A DNA stretch of 64,000 nt, from NCBI GenBank assembly GCA_043809315.1, contig JAZDDX010000020.1, forward strand, positions 64,001-128,000, in the 5' to 3' direction. Of the stretch, positions 8,259-17,528 are shown one piece after another (the first letter of the stretch is position 1; every line of letters begins with the position of its first letter). Under the pieces are notes generated by a model. The model was not told the DNA's origin. It was given only the letters and a program-made list of their open reading frames with translations, and did not search any database. This DNA comes from Pseudomonadota bacterium (GTDB taxonomy: Bacteria > Bdellovibrionota_G > JALEGL01 > DATDPG01). The position numbers and the translations under genes are program-made.

Positions 8259-9631
8259 CGATCTCCCTGTCCTCCGCCGATCTCGCGATCATCGCGGGGT
8301 ATTTCGTCGCCGTTCTCGTCATCGGCTTCGTCTCGAGCCGCCGCCGCCCCGACGCGGTGGAATTTTTATTGGCCGGACGGTCGCTGACCCTCCCGATCTT
8401 CGTCATGACGCTCGTGTCGTCCTTCTATGGCGGAATCCTCGGCGTCGGCGAGTATTCGTACCTCTACGGGATCTCGAACTGGGTGACGCAGGGGATGCCG
8501 TACTACTTCTTCGCGGCCCTCTTCGCCTTCCTCCTGGCCGACCGCGTGCGGCGGACGAACCTCATGACGATCCCGGACAAGCTCGAGCAGTCGTACGACA
8601 AGAAGACCGCCGTCTTGGGATCGTTCCTGACGTTCATCCTGATGACCCCGGCCCCCTACATTCTGATGCTGGCGGTCCTGATGCAGCTGTTCACCGGATG
8701 GAGTCTCTCCTTCTGCCTCATCGCCGGGACCGTCGCGACCACCGCCTACCTCTTCACCGGAGGGTTCCGATCGGACGTGAACACGAACGTCTTGGAATTC
8801 ATCCTGATGTTCGGCGGTTTTTCTCTGATTCTGCCGTTCGCGCACGCGAAGTTCGGGGGACTCTCGTTTCTGACGAGCCACGTCCCGGCAGAGCACCTGA
8901 CCTGGACCGGCGGGAATTCGATCCAGTTCGTGATCGTCTGGTTCTTCATTGCGCTCTGGACGTTCGTCGACCCGAGCTTCCACCAACGCTGCTACGCCGC
9001 GCGCTCCGGCTCCGTCGCTCGTAACGGAATCCTGATCTCGATCCTCTTCTGGTTCGTTTTCGACGGCATGACCTCGATCGCAGGCCTTTACGCCCGCGCG
9101 GCGCTTCCGAACCTCAGGGAGCCGATGATGTCGTATCCGTTGCTCGCCGAGCTGACGCTTCCGTCGGTGGCAAAGGGGTTCTTCTATGTGGGGATGCTGG
9201 CGACGATCATGTCGACGCTCAACACGCAGGCGTTCCTGGCGGCGCAAACCCTGGGCCGGGACGTCTATTGGAGGATCCGGAAGAAGGACGAGAGGTGCGT
9301 GACTCGGTACACGCGCTGGGGTCTACTGATCACCGGCGTCCTCTCGATCTCGATCTCCTGGTGGATCCCTTCGGTCGTCCGGATCTGGTACACGATCGGA
9401 ACCGTCATCATCCCGGGCCTCCTCGTGCCGCTCGTGACGAGTTACTTCGATCCGCTCAAGATTCCGGCCTCCTACGCCTTCGCGACGATGCTCTCGGGAT
9501 GGTTGGTCTCCTTAGGATGGTTCCTCGCGCGACAGTTCTACCCTCTCCCGATCGAGCCGATGTATCCGGGATTGGCCGTTAGTTTATTGATCTGGTTCGT
9601 CGGTTGGCTGCGTCACCACCGGTTCCGGTGA
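8255..9631 (+). CDS. Sodium:solute symporter, probable thiamine or precursor importer
   Basis: About 13 TM; motifs FLLAGRSL, GGFRSDVNT, HQRCYAA, ATIMSTL. Coupled to thiN under the TPP riboswitch. Confidence 0.88.
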   Translation: MTISLSSADLAIIAGYFVAVLVIGFVSSRRRPDAVEFLLAGRSLTLPIFVMTLVSSFYGGILGVGEYSYLYGISNWVTQGMPYYFFAALFAFLLADRVRRTNLMTIPDKLEQSYDKKTAVLGSFLTFILMTPAPYILMLAVLMQLFTGWSLSFCLIAGTVATTAYLFTGGFRSDVNTNVLEFILMFGGFSLILPFAHAKFGGLSFLTSHVPAEHLTWTGGNSIQFVIVWFFIALWTFVDPSFHQRCYAARSGSVARNGILISILFWFVFDGMTSIAGLYARAALPNLREPMMSYPLLAELTLPSVAKGFFYVGMLATIMSTLNTQAFLAAQTLGRDVYWRIRKKDERCVTRYTRWGLLITGVLSISISWWIPSVVRIWYTIGTVIIPGLLVPLVTSYFDPLKIPASYAFATMLSGWLVSLGWFLARQFYPLPIEPMYPGLAVSLLIWFVGWLRHHRFR

Positions 9632-10122
9632 ACGCGGGTTGCGTCGTATCGATCGAGTCGCTGCGCCGGTTCGGCGGGATGACCGACCGCCACCAGCGCG
9701 AACGGAACGATCCCCTCCGGAACCCTGACCAGCTCCCGCATCTTCTGAATCCGTTCCGCCTTCGGATAGATCCCGAGCCAAACGGCGCCGAGCCCTTTCC
9801 CATGCGCCGCCAGGAGAAGGTTCTGAACGGCAGCGGAGCAGTCGAGAGGAAAATATCCCGGTCCCCGCTGCAGGTTTTCGTCCCCGCAAACAAGAATCGC
9901 CAGCGAAGCTTCGTGCAGCATCAGAGAGTATGGATGGAACTTGGGGACTTCTTCTAAAACCGACCGATCGTCGATCACCACGAAATGCCATGGCTGCTTG
10001 TTCCCTGCGGAGGGGGCGGTCATCGCAGCATGTAAGAGATCTTCGATGAAATTTTCGGGGACAATCCCCGGCCGATACTTGCGAATGCTTCGTCGAGTAA
10101 AGATTGCGTCAAACAGCTCCAT
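9613..10122 (-). CDS. Nitroreductase family protein
   Basis: Motifs RRSIRKY, APSAGNKQPWHFVV, QNLLLAAHGKGLGAVW. The likely true start is internal to the listed ORF. Confidence 0.92.
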   Translation of the reverse strand: MELFDAIFTRRSIRKYRPGIVPENFIEDLLHAAMTAPSAGNKQPWHFVVIDDRSVLEEVPKFHPYSLMLHEASLAILVCGDENLQRGPGYFPLDCSAAVQNLLLAAHGKGLGAVWLGIYPKAERIQKMRELVRVPEGIVPFALVAVGHPAEPAQRLDRYDATRVHRNRW

Positions 10123-10167
10123 GAACGGATCTTGGCAGGTCGAACGCCACCTGGCATCTTCTTCCGG

Positions 10168-11307
10168 ATGCCCCGCGCTTATCATTACGTCATCTGGTTG
10201 AGCGTCATCGCGGCGATCACAGCCGGGATGCACGTCTATATCCGCTGGCGACTCGTCGTCGCGACCGACATGGCCCGTCCGTGGCGATCCATTTTCACGA
10301 TCCTCTTGATCGTCCTCGCAGCCTCGTTCCCGCTTACATTCTTCGCCAACCGGGTCTTCCCGCCGTTTTGGCGCGAGATCGTTCTGGCGATCGGCTTCAC
10401 CTGGCTGGGAATCTCGTTTCTCCTCTTCGCGGGGCATCTCGCGGTTGAGCTTCCCCGCCTCTTCTTTGGGCCTGCCGGTTCTACGGTTTCGCGGTCGATC
10501 ACCTGGAGCACGACCGGAGCCGTTTTCATCCTCTCCGTTTTCAGTGTTTGGAACGCCATTCGCGAACCGGCGATGACTCATCTCCGAATCACGCTCCCGT
10601 ACCTTCCGAAGAGCCTCTCGGGGACGACGATCTTACAAATCAGCGACATTCATGCGGGAGGACTGATCCCGAAATACCGGATCCGAGAAATCCTCCGAAA
10701 TGCGAAAGAACTGAAACCGGATCTCGTCGCGATCACCGGAGATCTCGTGGATGGCAGCGCCGCCTACCATGCCGAAACCCTCTCCATGATCGGTGAACTC
10801 AAGGCGAAGTACGGCGTCTACTTCGTGACGGGGAACCACGAATACTACTCCGGGGTCGAGGAGTGGTTGTCGTTCTTGAAGAACCTCGGCGTCCGGGTTC
10901 TTCGAAACGAGCGGGTCGCCATCGGGACGAAAGAAGCGAGCTTCGACCTCGCCGGCGTTGACGACCCGACCGGCCGGATGGCGCCGGGGCACGGGACCGA
11001 CATCCCGAAAGCAATGCAGGGAAGAGATCCCGGCCGTGCCGTCGTTCTCCTGTCGCACAATCCGATCCAGGTTTTCGAAGCGGCGAAATACGACGTCGGG
11101 CTGGTTCTTTCCGGCCATACACACAACGGCCAGATCTGGCCGTTCAACTATCTCGTCAAGATTCATCACCCGCATATCACGGGGGTACATCACGTCGGGA
11201 ACACAGAACTCTACATCAGCCAGGGAACCGGTTTCTGGGGTCCCCCGATGAGGTTTCTAACTCGCGGCGAGATGACGCTAGTCGAGTTGGTTTCGCCAAC
11301 TATATAA
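10168..11307 (+). CDS. Membrane-anchored metallophosphoesterase (YkuE/YaeI type)
   Basis: N-terminal TMs; motifs SDIH, TGDLVD, GNHE, LSHNP, SGHTHNGQ. Confidence 0.92.
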   Translation: MPRAYHYVIWLSVIAAITAGMHVYIRWRLVVATDMARPWRSIFTILLIVLAASFPLTFFANRVFPPFWREIVLAIGFTWLGISFLLFAGHLAVELPRLFFGPAGSTVSRSITWSTTGAVFILSVFSVWNAIREPAMTHLRITLPYLPKSLSGTTILQISDIHAGGLIPKYRIREILRNAKELKPDLVAITGDLVDGSAAYHAETLSMIGELKAKYGVYFVTGNHEYYSGVEEWLSFLKNLGVRVLRNERVAIGTKEASFDLAGVDDPTGRMAPGHGTDIPKAMQGRDPGRAVVLLSHNPIQVFEAAKYDVGLVLSGHTHNGQIWPFNYLVKIHHPHITGVHHVGNTELYISQGTGFWGPPMRFLTRGEMTLVELVSPTI

Positions 11308-11340
11308 AAAACAAGGGCGGGGCCGTTTCCGACCCCGCCC
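11306..11340 (-). terminator. Intrinsic terminator between convergent genes
   Basis: Stem GGGCGGGG/CCCCGCCC (11315-11340), followed on the minus strand by TTGTTTTT. Confidence 0.75.
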
Positions 11341-11364
11341 CGTCTTTAAGACTACTAGCGAAGA

Positions 11365-11715
11365 CTAGCGATTGTAACGATAGTCGCCGCGGTCGCTGCC
11401 GCCACGCCCACCGCGTTCGCCGCCCCGGCCACCGCCGAAGCCACCACGGCTTCCGCCGTCGCGGGTCTGCTCGCGAGCTTCATTCACAACGATCGCGCGC
11501 CCATTGACTTCTTTGCCGTTGAGCTCGTTGATCGCCGCCGTGGCATCCTGCTCGGACTCGAACTCCACGAAGCCGAAACCCCGGGAACGCCCGGTGTCAC
11601 GATCCGTGATGATCTGCGTGCGCGCAACTGTGCGCCCGTTGGCCCCGAACAGCTCCTGAAGCGTTGACTCCTGAGCGTCAAAGGAAAGATTACCTACATA
11701 CAGTCTCTTTTTCAC
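11365..11715 (-). CDS. RRM (RNP-1) RNA-binding protein with Gly/Arg-rich tail
   Basis: RNP2 LYVGNL, RNP1 RGFGFVEF, VNEAR, RGG tail; GTG start. Confidence 0.95.
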   Translation of the reverse strand: MKKRLYVGNLSFDAQESTLQELFGANGRTVARTQIITDRDTGRSRGFGFVEFESEQDATAAINELNGKEVNGRAIVVNEAREQTRDGGSRGGFGGGRGGERGGRGGSDRGDYRYNR

Positions 11716-11893
11716 AAACTATCCCTATACCCCCGGTTTATTGGTTTTTGACTAGTTTCACTGTTTTGGGAGCGCGAAAAACGTAACGATCAACCGGGCA
11801 AAGAATCGATAGACGCGAACCAACAAAACATACTGACGCGGGGAACCTAGCCTATCCTGCCTCTCAAAGTAAAGGAGTATTTCGCAAACGCGT

Positions 11894-12844
11894 CTAAGAT
11901 ACCCGTAATACTATCTTTCCCCGCGTGTGAAGCGTTTCCAGGGCTGCGTGAGCTTTGGCCGCTTCCTCGAGACGATACTCCTGCAAGGCAGGGGATCGAA
12001 TCGCCCCCTTTTGGATCAGGTCCGCGATTTCTTTGAGTTGAGACCCATTCGGTCGGACGAAAGTATAGGTGCCGGTGACGCCGTACTTCTTGTCCAACTC
12101 CGGATCGAGCTGGGTGGCGATCGTGTTGATCCTTCCCCCCTTCTTGAGACAGGGGTAGCTCTTCGAAAATACGTCCCCCCCGACACAGTCGTACACCGCA
12201 TCGACACCGTCCGGGTAGATCTCCCGAAGGGGGGTGGCAAAGTCGCCTTTGGTGTAGTCGATCGCATGTTCCGCCCCGAGTTCCCTCACATACCCGTGGT
12301 TTTTCGAGCTTGCGGTGGTCACGACCTGGGCCCCGGCCCAGCGGGCGAACTGGATCGCGAAGCTCCCGACCCCCCCCGCCCCGGCATGGATCAGAATCGA
12401 TTCCCGTTTCTTCAGGTGAATCGCCTCGAATAGGGACTGCCATGCGGTCAACGCCGCCAAGGGAACCGCCGCCGCATCCCGGAAGCTCAGGTTCTTCGGC
12501 TTGCGGGCCGGAAAATCGTGTGGGACGGCTACATATTCCGCATACGTCCCCCACTGAATCGTCGGCTTCCGGCAGTACGAGTAGACTTCGTCCCCCTCCC
12601 GCCATTTGGTGACGTTCTTCCCGCACTTCGCGATCGTTCCCGCGGCGTCCCAACCCGGGATCAACGGAAACTCGCAGGGAAGACGCTTCGCCAGCATCCC
12701 GACACGGATCTTCCAGTCGACCGGGTTCACCCCGGCGTAGGCGACCTTGATCAGGACCTCGTCGTCCCCCGGGACCGGCGTCGGGACCTCTTTGAGTTTC
12801 AGGACATCCCCTTTTCCGAACTTGTCGATGGCAATCGCTCGCAT
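11894..12844 (-). CDS. NADP-dependent MDR-family (quinone) oxidoreductase
   Basis: Motifs AGVNPVDWK, IHAGAGGVGSFAIQ, HTRGKIVL. Confidence 0.92.
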   Translation of the reverse strand: MRAIAIDKFGKGDVLKLKEVPTPVPGDDEVLIKVAYAGVNPVDWKIRVGMLAKRLPCEFPLIPGWDAAGTIAKCGKNVTKWREGDEVYSYCRKPTIQWGTYAEYVAVPHDFPARKPKNLSFRDAAAVPLAALTAWQSLFEAIHLKKRESILIHAGAGGVGSFAIQFARWAGAQVVTTASSKNHGYVRELGAEHAIDYTKGDFATPLREIYPDGVDAVYDCVGGDVFSKSYPCLKKGGRINTIATQLDPELDKKYGVTGTYTFVRPNGSQLKEIADLIQKGAIRSPALQEYRLEEAAKAHAALETLHTRGKIVLRVS

Positions 12845-12898
12845 GGGGGAGGCGTTACCACAACTCAAACGGGAAAACCAAGGGGTGGCGAACGGCTG

Positions 12899-13837
12899 TC
12901 ACCCCTTTCGAGTTTGGATGATCTCGGCGGCGATGCTAACGGCGATCTCCCCCGGTGTCTGGCTTCCGATCGGAAGACCGATCGGCATCCGGACGCGATC
13001 GATCAACGCTCTCGGATATCCTTCGGAGAGCAGATTCTTCGAAACTTCGAAAACCTTCCGACGGCTCCCCATCAACCCAAGGTACCGGAACTTTTTCCGG
13101 ATCAGTTGCCGCAGGACCGTTTCGTCCGCCGCATGCCCCGGCGTCATGATCGCAACGTAGTGGCGATCCCCCGAAGGAATCTCTTTCCCGATCTTTCGAA
13201 ACGAAACGATCCGCTTCTCGTGCGCGCAGTCGTTTTCGATCAACGTTCCAACCGTCGGCCTCTCGTCGAGGACGACGACGTGAAACCCGAGTGTCGCCAT
13301 CACCTTGGAAAGCGCAAGCCCCACATGCCCGCCCCCCACGATGAAGATCTTTTCCGGAGCCGGAATCCGCTCTTCGTACGACCACTTCGTCCCGCGAGAG
13401 GTGAAGCGGCGACGTTCTTGACCCCCTCCCGATCGCCGGAACGAAATCCGATCGGCCGAGAGCCGGAGCGTTCCCCCCGTTCCGTTCTGCGCGCTTTTAG
13501 CAAGCGACTTCAAAGCCGTTCGGTCGGCGGCACGGATCGGACAGATCGCCATCGTCTGCTCGCCACCGCAGATCATCCCGGACTTCTGGTCACTCTCCAG
13601 GCGATGGACTTTGCGTCGGACCACGGACCGGGGCGTGCGGCTCCGAAGAAGAGCCCGCGCCTCCTCCACCAGATCATGCTCGACTTTTCCCCCGCCGATC
13701 GTCCCGAAAAGCGAACCGTCCGAGGAAACCGCCATCTTGAAGCCGGTCCGCCCCGGCGTCTCGCCACGCGCATCGACCACCGTCAGCAGCGCGACGCGCT
13801 TCCGGGGGAGGAGGAAGCTCCAGATCTCTTTCTTCAT
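12899..13837 (-). CDS. xdhC: XdhC/CoxI-family Moco insertion chaperone
   Basis: Motifs TPGRTGFKM, GTIGGG, GMICGG, GGGHVG, YLGLMGS, MPIGLPIGSQTPGEIAVSIAAE. ATG overlaps the xdhB stop region. Confidence 0.92.
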   Translation of the reverse strand: MKKEIWSFLLPRKRVALLTVVDARGETPGRTGFKMAVSSDGSLFGTIGGGKVEHDLVEEARALLRSRTPRSVVRRKVHRLESDQKSGMICGGEQTMAICPIRAADRTALKSLAKSAQNGTGGTLRLSADRISFRRSGGGQERRRFTSRGTKWSYEERIPAPEKIFIVGGGHVGLALSKVMATLGFHVVVLDERPTVGTLIENDCAHEKRIVSFRKIGKEIPSGDRHYVAIMTPGHAADETVLRQLIRKKFRYLGLMGSRRKVFEVSKNLLSEGYPRALIDRVRMPIGLPIGSQTPGEIAVSIAAEIIQTRKG

Positions 13838-16086
13838 CGCCCGGTCGCCGTTAACGTCATGAGGATCCGCTCCGACGTGAGCGGCGCGTGAAAGAACGGT
13901 TCGAGACCGGGCCGGAACGCTCGCAGGGCGTTCAACGCCGCGAAATAGGTTCCGATCCCGTACATGAACGGCGGCTCCCCGATCGCCTTCGCCCCGACCA
14001 CGCCGACCGGAGCATGCGGCCCCTCGGCGAAGCGGAATTCGACGTCGGCTGGAGCGGCGTACAGATCGGGGACTTTGTACGTCGTCAGCGTGTCGGTCAC
14101 GATTTTCCCGGTCGGATCGTGCAGGATCTCCTCCATCGTCATCCACCCGATCCCTTGGATCAGCGCCCCTTCCGCCTGCCCCCGGTCGATCGTTCGATCG
14201 AGGCTCTTTCCCACGTCATGAATTGCCCGGACGGCATCGACCCGGAGCGTCCCGCGGAGACCGTCGATCGTCACCTCGGTCACCGCCGTGCCGGTCGCGT
14301 GGTAGGCGAACGGTTCCCCCTTCTCGGTTTTCTTATCGAAATGGATATCCGGGGTGACGTAATGGGCCTGCGCGGAAAGGCTGACCCTGCTTGCGTAGGC
14401 GGATCCGACCAGCTTTTTCCAGTCCCACTCCGTCTTGCGCCCGTTCGCACAGACCCAACCGTCGCGGACGAGCACATCGCCGGAACCGGTCACCTTCGCG
14501 GCGACCTCCTTCAGTCGCCCGAGAACCTGCAAACAGGCGAGGCGCGTGGCGTTCCCGTTCAGATCGGCGCTACTGCTCGCGGCGGTCGGGGAGGTGTTGG
14601 CGACCCGGGCGGTGCTGGTGCTCTCGATGCGGACCAGCTCCGGATCGATCGACAGCGTTTCCGCCGCGACGAGCTGGATCTTCGCATTGACCCCCTGCCC
14701 CATCTCGACCGCCCCGGTCGAAACGCCGACGCTCCCGTCGGCATAGACGTGAACCAAGGAACTCGCCTGATTCAGCATCGTGTTGGTAAAAGAGATCCCG
14801 AAGCAGACCGGCTGGAGCGCCAGCCCCTTCTTTTCCATCCGGTGGCTCGCGTTGAACTCCGCGATCCGCGCCCGCCAGGCCTCGATGTCGAACAGCCGCT
14901 CCGCCTCTTCGTAGCTCTTGAGAAGCGGCCGGCTCTGGAACCGCTGGCCGTACGGGAACGAATCCCCCTCCTTGAGGAGGTTCTTTTTCTGGATCACCGA
15001 GGGATCGACCTGGAGTTCCCGCGCCGCTTGAAAGATCGCGGACTCCAGGACAAACATCGCTTGAGGTCCTCCGAACCCCCGGAACGCCGTGTTCGGAGGA
15101 AGATTCGTCCGGCAGCTCGCGGCGGTGGCTTTGACGTTCGGGATGAAATAACTGTTCGTGCAATGGAACAGGGTCCGCTCCAGGATCGCGGTCGAGAGAT
15201 CGGCGGCGGCCCCGGCGTTCTGATAGAAGAATGGCTCGTACGCCACGATCGTTCCGTCCGCTTTAAGACCGATCCGGAAATCGGATGAGTACGGATGGCG
15301 TTTCCCGGTCCAGCGAACATCCTCGCTCCGGCGGAGAACCAATTTGACCGGCCGGTCGAGTTTCCGGGCCGCCAACGCAGCGAGAGCCGCCCAAGCGGTC
15401 GCCTGATCTTCTTTGCCTCCAAAGCCACCGCCGAGGCGTCGAACATCGACCTCCACTTTGTGCATCGGGAGGCCCATCACCTTCGAAACCGTTCGCTGAA
15501 CGGTGGTCGGTGACTGCGTAGCGGACAAGATCCGCAATCCGCCCCCCTCCACCGGAATCGCCATCGCACCCTGAGTTTCCAGGTAGATATGCTCCTGAGC
15601 CCCGGAATCGGCCCGGCCGGTGATCACGACGTCGCACGTGTCCCAAGCCTTCCCGATGTCGCCGAGCTCGAACGTTCTCTGCGGCGCGATCAACTCCCCC
15701 TTTGCATACGCCTCCCGCGGATCGAAAACGGCCGGGAGCGGATCGATCTTCATCTTGACGGTGCGGGCCGCTCTTCGGGCCACCGAATCCTCCCGGGCCA
15801 CGACCAGAGCCACCGGCTGCCCCACGTAATCGACGATGGCGTCGGCCAAGAGAGGTTCATCCTGGATGATTCCGCCGATCTGGTTTTCCCCCGGGATCTC
15901 TTTCGACGTGAAGACCGCCACGACGCCGTCGGCCTTTTTTGCGGCTGAGGTGTCGATCGAGCGAAGGTGTCCGTGCGCGACCGGCGAAGGGACGACCGCC
16001 GCATAGAGAAGACCGGATGGGAGCGGTTCGTCGTCGACGAAACGGGATTCGCCCCGAACGTGAAGGATGGTGTCGCGGTTCTTCAC
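13834..16086 (-). CDS. xdhB: Xanthine dehydrogenase molybdopterin-binding subunit
   Basis: Motifs QEHIYLETQ, RRLGGGFGGKE, AFRGFGGPQ, EMGQG, SPTAAS, KAIGEPP. Confidence 0.95.
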   Translation of the reverse strand: MKNRDTILHVRGESRFVDDEPLPSGLLYAAVVPSPVAHGHLRSIDTSAAKKADGVVAVFTSKEIPGENQIGGIIQDEPLLADAIVDYVGQPVALVVAREDSVARRAARTVKMKIDPLPAVFDPREAYAKGELIAPQRTFELGDIGKAWDTCDVVITGRADSGAQEHIYLETQGAMAIPVEGGGLRILSATQSPTTVQRTVSKVMGLPMHKVEVDVRRLGGGFGGKEDQATAWAALAALAARKLDRPVKLVLRRSEDVRWTGKRHPYSSDFRIGLKADGTIVAYEPFFYQNAGAAADLSTAILERTLFHCTNSYFIPNVKATAASCRTNLPPNTAFRGFGGPQAMFVLESAIFQAARELQVDPSVIQKKNLLKEGDSFPYGQRFQSRPLLKSYEEAERLFDIEAWRARIAEFNASHRMEKKGLALQPVCFGISFTNTMLNQASSLVHVYADGSVGVSTGAVEMGQGVNAKIQLVAAETLSIDPELVRIESTSTARVANTSPTAASSSADLNGNATRLACLQVLGRLKEVAAKVTGSGDVLVRDGWVCANGRKTEWDWKKLVGSAYASRVSLSAQAHYVTPDIHFDKKTEKGEPFAYHATGTAVTEVTIDGLRGTLRVDAVRAIHDVGKSLDRTIDRGQAEGALIQGIGWMTMEEILHDPTGKIVTDTLTTYKVPDLYAAPADVEFRFAEGPHAPVGVVGAKAIGEPPFMYGIGTYFAALNALRAFRPGLEPFFHAPLTSERILMTLTATGR

Positions 16087-17495
16087 GTCGTCAGTTCCTC
16101 GCCAAGCTCCGGCGCCAGTTTGAAGAAGTGGGCGGTCAGAAGTCTTCGCAACAAGGTCCGCTTGTAGTTCGCCGAGCCACGGACATCGCTGATCGGGGAG
16201 ATCTCCTTTTCAGCCTGATCCAGAGCCTTCCGGAACGCGGTCGCGGTCAGCCTCTCCCCGCACAGCGCCTCGGAGGCGGTTCGGAGATAGAGCGGGATCG
16301 GCGCCACCCCGCCGGCGGAGAGGTGGATCGAGTCGATCCTCCCCTCCCAGACGACGGCCGACATCGCCGAGTTGACGCTGGCGATGTCGAGGTTGGCGCG
16401 ACGGCAGACTTTTTCAAAACTGAACCGAGCCCCTTTCACCGACCTTTCAAACGAAACCTCTTTTACGATCTCGTCCGGCTTCTTCCTCAACTTTTTGTAT
16501 CCGACGTAGAGATCCCGGAGTTTCATCCGGCGCTGCGCCTTCCCCCGGATCAGCGTCAGGTCGGCATCGAGAGCGAGAAGAAGGATCGTCACGTCGGCGA
16601 TCGGCGATGCGTTCACGATGTTCCCCCCGACCGTCGCCCGGTTCCGGATCGGGCGCGACGCCATCCGCTGGAACCAGTTGGAGGATTCCGGAAAGATCTT
16701 GCGAAAGATCGGAGAATCTTCGAGATCGGCCCACGGCGTCCCTCCGCCGATCACGACACGGTTGCGGACGAGGCGGATCCCTTGGAGGTCTTTCCTGCGA
16801 CTCAGGAAATTCAGACGAGCGTTCAACAACGCCTCTGGTCGTTGAACGTAGACATCGGTACCGCCGCCGATTTGTTGGACACCACGGCCGGAGGATGCAC
16901 GAGCCGGCGCGGTTGGAAGCGAGCTTAGGCGCGTGGGGATTTTACTGATGTACTTAGGTATCAAGCCGGCGGAGATGAGAAGGCGGAGACGTTCGGGGGT
17001 CCCTGCTTTGGGAGGCGTTCCCAGCCCTTTGCAGATCTTCCCGACGGCCCGGCGGATCGAGACGTGACCGGTGCAGCGGCAGATGTTCCCGGCGACGGAG
17101 TCCAATCCCGACTCCGTGCTCCAATCGGGGGAGGAAAGGAGAAAACCGGCCAACGAAACGATGAAGCCGGGAGTACAGAACCCGCATTGGGTCGCCCCCT
17201 CCTCGACGAACGCCTGCTGGACCAGCGAGAGGGATTCGGAGTTCAACCCTTCGATCGTGACGACATGCCGATGTTCCACGTCCCCGAGAGGGAAAAGGCA
17301 GGAGTTGACGGCGCGATAGGAAATCCCCCCCTTGTCCGGCTCTCCGACGAGGACCATGCAGGCGCCGCAGTCCCCTTCTCGGCACCCCTCTTTCACACCG
17401 ACCAGCCGTTTCTCCTGGCGCAGAAAATCGAGCAGGACCATGCCTGGCGGGAGTTCGGTCGAGATCGTCTCGTCGTTTAGGAGAAACCGAATCAT
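16083..17495 (-). CDS. xdhA: Xanthine dehydrogenase FeS/FAD subunit
   Basis: Motifs GCREGDCGAC, QCGFCTPG, CRCTG, GGGTD, IRNRATVGGNIVNASP, PISDVRGS. Confidence 0.95.
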   Translation of the reverse strand: MIRFLLNDETISTELPPGMVLLDFLRQEKRLVGVKEGCREGDCGACMVLVGEPDKGGISYRAVNSCLFPLGDVEHRHVVTIEGLNSESLSLVQQAFVEEGATQCGFCTPGFIVSLAGFLLSSPDWSTESGLDSVAGNICRCTGHVSIRRAVGKICKGLGTPPKAGTPERLRLLISAGLIPKYISKIPTRLSSLPTAPARASSGRGVQQIGGGTDVYVQRPEALLNARLNFLSRRKDLQGIRLVRNRVVIGGGTPWADLEDSPIFRKIFPESSNWFQRMASRPIRNRATVGGNIVNASPIADVTILLLALDADLTLIRGKAQRRMKLRDLYVGYKKLRKKPDEIVKEVSFERSVKGARFSFEKVCRRANLDIASVNSAMSAVVWEGRIDSIHLSAGGVAPIPLYLRTASEALCGERLTATAFRKALDQAEKEISPISDVRGSANYKRTLLRRLLTAHFFKLAPELGEELTT

Positions 17496-17528
17496 TGAAT
17501 TTTTGCGCGGCAAAGGATAGTACGCGCC

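Noticed and set aside
11716-11893. Long AT-rich leader of the RRM gene as a structured ncRNA
   Set aside because: No recognisable family motif or convincing stems by eye; may simply be a long 5' UTR.
17496-17513. xdhA and hydA ORFs both begin MPRKNS (TGCCGCGCAARAAT at about 17499-17512 and 46140-46153)
   Set aside because: Only a 14-nt near-match. The xdhA start is more likely the downstream ATG, and the hydA copy is constrained by overlap with the deaminase. Treated as chance.
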